Of a stretch of 64,000 nucleotides of DNA, positions 58,308-64,000 are shown piece by piece. Under the pieces are notes generated by a model. The model ran no database searches. It was not told the DNA's origin and saw only the letters and a program-made list of their open reading frames with translations. Within the stretch, counting starts at the first letter, position 1; each line of letters starts with the position of its first letter. A program made the translations under genes and the position numbers. The stretch lies in the sequence record LR588166.1; one strand, 5' to 3'.

Positions 58308-58538
58308 ATGAGTTCAGAATTTGATATAGATGACAGCGGACTTGCTGAAACCCACGAACAAATTGTAGAAAAAGCTGTAAGTAAAATACGAAAAGAAATG
58401 GCAAGAAATTCTGGCTATACCGAATGTATAGATTGCGGAGAAGAAATAGGAGAAGAAAGAAAACGTATACTGCCAAGCGCAACAAAATGTGTGGAATGCC
58501 AGTCGTTGTTTGATCTAAGAAATAAGTTATACAAATGA
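58308..58538 (+). CDS. DksA/TraR-type C4 zinc-finger protein
   Basis: CIDCGEEIGEERKRILPSATKCVECQ, AAGGA RBS before ATG 58308. Confidence 0.85.
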   Translation: MSSEFDIDDSGLAETHEQIVEKAVSKIRKEMARNSGYTECIDCGEEIGEERKRILPSATKCVECQSLFDLRNKLYK

Positions 58539-59361
58539 ATCTATCATTATTATGTAAATTATCTAGAATAGTTAGAAATAGTACAATCGTTATTTCTACT
58601 ATTAAATATTCTAATTTTTTTATTTCCATTTTTAATAAAATATATAGTTTAATAAGAATTGACATTGCTTCTAATTTAGTTACATGTTGCTTATCACCGA
58701 CTGTTATAAACCTATTATCATTTTGTATAGAAGAAAGAAATGAAAATAAATCTAAAAAAGATAATAACACTAAACAAACTTAGTGGAACATTATAAGATT
58801 ATATTTAGAAAACAAATATAACCCGAATGTCTCTAATTACATCATAACGTATTAATAGATATAATATATTAAGAATCTAGGCAATAAATATTTGCATATA
58901 AGAAGGATTCTAATATGTCATATAATCCAAATTTCAATACCTCTATTATAGGATTATCGTATAATTCTATAAAATTACATATAGTAGAACATGTACAAAA
59001 AGACATAAAAGGTAATACAGTTTACATTATATCATTTGTAAATGATTTTGGATTTATTTTTGCTAAGGTAAAAACTAAATATGATCCTAAAACTGTCTTA
59101 TAATGCACGCGAAATATGCATAGAACTAAGTACCATATATACATGTATATGGATCCGGAGAGAAAAAGGGATAGTTTTGTATAGACGTATGATTTATGAT
59201 ACAAAATTGATGAATATAGGTAATTATGATTATACAACTTATATTTCGCATGAAATAGGAGGCTCAGGCTGGACCAGTTATAAGAATTTAAAAAAATGCT
59301 AGATTTCGTTAGTATAAAACAGTATACTAAACACTCAACACATTAACTAGCAGAGGTAAAC

Positions 59362-59511
59362 GTGGATAATATCAAATCGTGCAAATGCGCACATGATTTC
59401 CAGGACAGTGTGTACGGCAAAGGTAATCGTGTGCATAACGTGTTTACTAAGGGATATCGTTGCACCGTTTGCGGTAAAGAAATTATTACTTCTTCCACTG
59501 GCAAGAAGTAA
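59362..59511 (+). CDS. Small Zn-binding protein (49 aa, absent from the ORF track)
   Basis: GAGGT RBS and GTG start, MDNIKSCKCAHDFQDSVYGKGNRVHN...RCTVCG, terminator right after. Confidence 0.75.
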   Translation: MDNIKSCKCAHDFQDSVYGKGNRVHNVFTKGYRCTVCGKEIITSSTGKK

Positions 59512-59633
59512 AATATAAAAAAGGGCACACTGTGCCCTTTTTTAATAGTAAGAAACAAAGTAAGTCATGCATTCAACTATCCATATTATACACTGTGAAT
59601 TCTAATACACAGTGTATTGTTGCGAGTAATTAA

Positions 59634-59855
59634 ATGTCAACGACGCCTAGGGGAAAGAAAACTAAAATAACATGCAATAATATAGAATGTAATAATGTAT
59701 TCGAAGTAAGAATTGCCGATGTTAAAAGAGGTTGGGGACTATATTGTTCTAAGTCTTGTAAACAAACTGCACAAGAGCAGCAACGGCAAATGATAAAAAA
59801 ATTATCCGGAGAACATTTGTTACCGAAGAATAAACGAAGAAAAAAATATTGGTAA
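59634..59855 (+). CDS. Small Cys-rich zinc-finger protein
   Basis: CNNIEC...YCSKSC. Confidence 0.7.
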   Translation: MSTTPRGKKTKITCNNIECNNVFEVRIADVKRGWGLYCSKSCKQTAQEQQRQMIKKLSGEHLLPKNKRRKKYW

Positions 59856-60029
59856 GAGGTATAGTATGAGTTTAATACTAAACTATTCAATTTGTGCAAA
59901 TACTACAACCATAACTTTTTATATTTTCGGATTAAACATTAAAAAGGCATGGGTATATGTTACAAAGTCAGATAAGTATGGTAGGTATTTGTACGTATCT
60001 CAAGACGGATGTATGGGTGTCTTTCCTGA

Positions 60030-60326
60030 ATGGCAAATATAATTAAAATGAAACCGGTATTGTATTATGTAGGTGATAATCCCGAAGGGGCATTTCTTTG
60101 CGAAATTTATGGCAAGGAATACCCATTTATCAATAATGAAACTAGATTTATTAAAGTTAATTCTATTTTTTATATATCTTTTATATCTGTTAAGTATACA
60201 TATATAAAATTTCTAGTTAGATATAGATTTGTTGTATGGAGGTTATACGACACTGACATTTATATTTCCTTTAGTAGAGCTATGACATCTGTTGAGCGAG
60301 AAATTAATAAAATAAGAGGAATTTAA
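60030..60326 (+). CDS. Hypothetical protein
   Basis: Colinear ORF. Confidence 0.5.
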   Translation: MANIIKMKPVLYYVGDNPEGAFLCEIYGKEYPFINNETRFIKVNSIFYISFISVKYTYIKFLVRYRFVVWRLYDTDIYISFSRAMTSVEREINKIRGI

Positions 60327-60462
60327 AAAATGCGTTATTTTGCACGTTTGCATTATGCTATACGCAAGTTTGCAATAACGTGCAAACGCATGTATAACGC
60401 TAATACAGCTAACAATACAGTGCATAAAAACATGTACAGCATACTAGCGTTACAACGCATAT
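60320..60462 (+). promoter_or_regulatory. GA/TC/GG/CC-free tract with promoter upstream of tilS
   Basis: 143 bp free of these dinucleotides. TTGCAA-17-TATAAC at 60370-60398. Confidence 0.8.
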
Positions 60463-60631
60463 CGTTGAACTATAAATGTATATATATCTGGAGCAATATG
60501 GTATTCTTGTCAGTCACTACTGATGATACCTTAACTACATATCATATATATAGAAAAAGTTTAAGAACTGGTTTAGAATCGTGTAATTTTTCTTATGTAC
60601 TTGGATTAGTTATGAAGGAAGGATATTAGGT

Positions 60632-61243
60632 TTGATTAAGTTAGTAAAACCCATTGCATATTATGGACAGAAATTTGGTATCGCTGTTTCGGGCGGTATT
60701 GATTCTATGGTTGCATTGTCCTTCTTAAAGAAATATCCACAAAATAACTTCGATGTCTTTCATGTAAACCACGGATCGGAGTATGATATCAAAGCAGAGC
60801 AATTTGTGAGAGATTATTGCAGCGACAATAAAATAAATTGCCATGTATACTGCATTAACACAAAAAAACCAAAAGGTTGCAGTTGGGAAGAACATTGGCG
60901 AAACGAACGATATAAATTTCTGCACTCTCATGAATTAGAAATCATGACTGCACATACACTAGACGACAACGTAGAGACGTGGTTGTTTTATAGTATGCAC
61001 GGTTCGCCTCGTATCATTCCGTATCGGAAAAAAAATGTCATCCGACCGTTTATGCTTACTACAAAAAACGAATTTAAAAAATATGCGAAAAGTAATGGTG
61101 TACAATGGTTAGAAGATCCTAGTAACCGAGACACTAATTTTAATAGAAATCAAATTCGACATAATATAATTCCTCAAGCACTTAAAGTAAATCCAGGATT
61201 GTTTAAAGTGATTGCAAAAAAAGTAAGAGAAGAGAATGAATAA
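60632..61243 (+). CDS. tilS: tRNA(Ile)-lysidine synthetase, catalytic domain only (203 aa)
   Basis: PP-loop IAVSGGIDS, HVNHG, RNERY, TAHTLDDNVET, IRPF, EDPSNRD, RNQIRHNIIP. Confidence 0.88.
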   Translation: MIKLVKPIAYYGQKFGIAVSGGIDSMVALSFLKKYPQNNFDVFHVNHGSEYDIKAEQFVRDYCSDNKINCHVYCINTKKPKGCSWEEHWRNERYKFLHSHELEIMTAHTLDDNVETWLFYSMHGSPRIIPYRKKNVIRPFMLTTKNEFKKYAKSNGVQWLEDPSNRDTNFNRNQIRHNIIPQALKVNPGLFKVIAKKVREENE

Positions 61244-61351
61244 ACGTTTACTTCTAATAATGTTTGTTATTTCTATTCAAGCAAGGAATTATCATATAAT
61301 ACCATATGTTGGTATTAAAAATAAACTTGTGTTTATTTTATCTAGTAGCAA

Positions 61352-63406
61352 ATGAATACTATAATAACGCTAAGTGCTTTGCAGGAAACAATACAAAGAG
61401 ACGAATGGTCAGACCGCTATCATTTTGTTATTAAAGATAGGTATGGTAGTGATATATTGTATTGTATAGAATACGAAAATTCATTACAGTCGTGGTTTAT
61501 AGACCATACATATAACAATAGTTTGATATACTTAGATATATTTAAAATTCAGCTATTAACACAAAAAATATCATCTTATACTAGTAACAGAACAGTAGTA
61601 TTATTATCGGATAGTATCTCGAATGTAATTTTATATTACGAAATAGCAAATGATAGTATTAGTAGTAAAAATTATTCATCCGAAATAGTATTAGCATAAC
61701 TGAATGTATTTTAGTATAAGACTATAACACATCATTTGCATTTAAATTCCAAACTAAAAAATGTAACTTCTTTATGTATATTCTTATTATTGCAATTCTA
61801 GTAAAATCTGTACAACTATTACTGAGTTAGATGTACAGGACAAAGAACAGCAAAATGCTTGACTATCCATTCGTGTTAGGTTAATTTAACAAAATTATAT
61901 AAGGTATTTTAAGTGTTTATCATTAAATTACAAAGCAATTGTGACAAAATAGAAATAGATAACTCAAAATACAATTACGGGGTTTTTATTGTTAACTCAG
62001 AAAACATGAAAGTATTCCATTACAGTAACAAAGAATCGTCTTTGTATTCTATGTTTGCAAAAAATCTACATATCAATGTATTTTTAGTGTCTACCTTGTG
62101 TTGTATTATATGTTTCGACTATCCTACTTTATACTTAGAAATGGAATCAAACCGTGCAGTGACATTAGGTATAAATCCATGTTTCTTAAATATAGATGTA
62201 CAAGGTTCTCGGTTCCATAATTGGGATCCGATGTGTTTTGTATAAACATGTGATATAATTTGTGTTTAGTCATTTCTTTTAAATAAGGTTTTGAAATGAA
62301 AGAAAACAATATACTAGAAATGCAAGCAGGATGCTCAAACGTGACTGTTATAGGTAACAGTGTTATAAGTATAGAAGGATTATATGACAAACCAACAAAA
62401 ACATTAAACTTTTTTGTAAGATATAATTTAAACCATGATTCAGAGTACTTATCATACATTTACACATTTAAAAATGATATATGTGTACTGTCTTTATCTA
62501 GTAAATGTTTTATGATTAAAATGGCCTCAGAGATGTATTATAAAACTAGATCTGTATGTATTATTAATAATAAAGGAAACGGATTGTTATATAGTTACAA
62601 AAATCACACATGGGCTCGGACATGCATTCTAATATAGAAAAAATTTATTATATTTCTAAAAATACACGAAGTATAAAGGTAATGGACCATACAATCACTA
62701 TATGGTCGTTATATATTTCACCTAATATTACTATAATTTTATGGGCAACTAATTTAACTACAGGATTATGTACCTTAAAATATAAAAATGAATTCAAAAT
62801 AGATTTATTTAAATTAGTCAATACAGTGTATTATATAGAAAACAAATATAGAAACAGCACATATGTATTAAATGATGTATTGCACAATACTATATGCTCT
62901 GTGGGTATATTAAGACCCCGTATTGCAGATGAAGTATATTGCAGATATAGAATATCGTATGTCAGCTAGCATTACATATATTGTATCAGTTACTGCTAGA
63001 TGCACATCTATATCTGAAGATGCGTATAGTGATTTCGTTACATTTTGTATAGCAGATGTATTTGGTAATTATATAATTCAATATATAACAGAACGCAACA
63101 ATAGGTTTATAGCTGTATATGAATATACATTTTCTACAATATGATATGTCTGATTCAAGTATATTATGCAATATAACAAGATATTCGTATACAATAAGAC
63201 TGAGTAATTATACATCGTTTCATTTTGTTATATCCGGAATGGGTAGGCCTATAACAAAAGTTGTATCCAAGATACTGTGTAATCCTATTCATATAATAGA
63301 TGTGTGTGTAATGTTTCGCATCATGCAAAAGATACGATTTTTTCGTACAATGACACTCAATTACACAGTTCTTTGCATTTGTTTACTATATCATTTTGGA
63401 AGTTAA
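61352..63406 (+). other. Run of small AT-rich hypothetical ORFs (61352-61699, 61913-62245, 62296-62637, 62610-62969, 62923-63144, 63119-63406)
   Basis: Colinear ORFs with no recognisable motifs. Confidence 0.45.
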
Positions 63407-63935
63407 AAGCATATACTATGATAAACGTATCCTACATAATATGATATTTCAAAAACCATTTATAGAATTGAATAGTATCCCAGATTACACTCATCCGGGC
63501 GGATTTGCATACCAACGAAAAAATCATATACACGAAGGCGTAGACCTTTATTGTAAAAATAAAGAACCTGTGTTTACAATGTTAACGGGTAAAGTAGTTA
63601 ATATAATAAAAGATTTTACAGGTCCGGGTTGTGGAACACCTTGGTGGAATAAAACAAGTGCAATAGTAATAGAAGACGTATTTGGTGTATGGGTATACGG
63701 CGAAATATTAGTAGGAAATTGGATTAACATAGGAGATACCGTACCAGCCGGAACATGTATCGGCAGAGTAGAACAAGTGTTAAAAAAGAACAAAGGACGT
63801 CCTATGTCTATGCTTCATGTAGAACGATATACAAAAGGAACTACAAATTCTATTGGTTTATGGCAATTAAACACCAGTAGACCTGAAAATTTATTAGATC
63901 CAACACCTTTGTTACGGCGTATCATAAATGAATAA
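63396..63935 (+). CDS. M23 (LytM-like) peptidase
   Basis: HIHEGVDL (HxxxD), YGE, GDTVPAGTCIGRV, MLHVE. Start probably an internal ATG. Confidence 0.8.
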   Translation: MEVKSIYYDKRILHNMIFQKPFIELNSIPDYTHPGGFAYQRKNHIHEGVDLYCKNKEPVFTMLTGKVVNIIKDFTGPGCGTPWWNKTSAIVIEDVFGVWVYGEILVGNWINIGDTVPAGTCIGRVEQVLKKNKGRPMSMLHVERYTKGTTNSIGLWQLNTSRPENLLDPTPLLRRIINE

Positions 63936-64000
63936 TATATTATATATTCAGAATTTTATAAGAAGTAGAAAATTAGAAGCAGAATACGGATGTATAGTTA

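Noticed and set aside
58306-58770. 154-aa minus-strand ORF
   Set aside because: Overlaps the clearly functional DksA/TraR gene in antisense, with a low-complexity Leu/Phe-rich translation.

Overview
This is a 64-kb segment of an AT-rich (roughly 25-30% GC by eye) T4-type jumbo myophage genome. I cannot name the phage. The left end is a replication and DNA-modification block. A family-B DNA polymerase is fractured at its YGDTD|SCYF motif by a naturally split, cysteine-free intein, with a free-standing homing-endonuclease gene between the two halves. It is followed by a likely sliding clamp, a 7-deazaguanine cluster (TGT/DpdA-like transglycosylase, GT-B glycosyltransferase, QueD-like, truncated epimerase, purine PRTase, QueE) and an RNase H. 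The middle holds a GC-rich MoxR AAA+/VWA pair separated by AT-rich inserts, a minus-strand late block, and a 1.8-kb ORF-free gap at a strand switch. That gap contains a sigma70 promoter, a highly paired ~630-nt candidate ncRNA and an AT-rich repeat zone. The right half holds many small accessory ORFs, 12 tRNA genes and a phage TilS. Leading new observations: (1) five 135-215-bp intergenic tracts with zero or one GA/TC/GG/CC dinucleotide, four of which contain a recognisable early-promoter-like -35/-10 pair, which may be modification-free windows for the phage's own G-hypermodification system; (2) the large structured ncRNA candidate; (3) tandem HExxH metalloprotease paralogs with T4-like capsid-targeting leaders; (4) codon partitioning between GC-rich early genes and a TilS/tRNA module that decodes A-ending codons. 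All calls were made by eye from sequence motifs. No database searches or folding programs were run.
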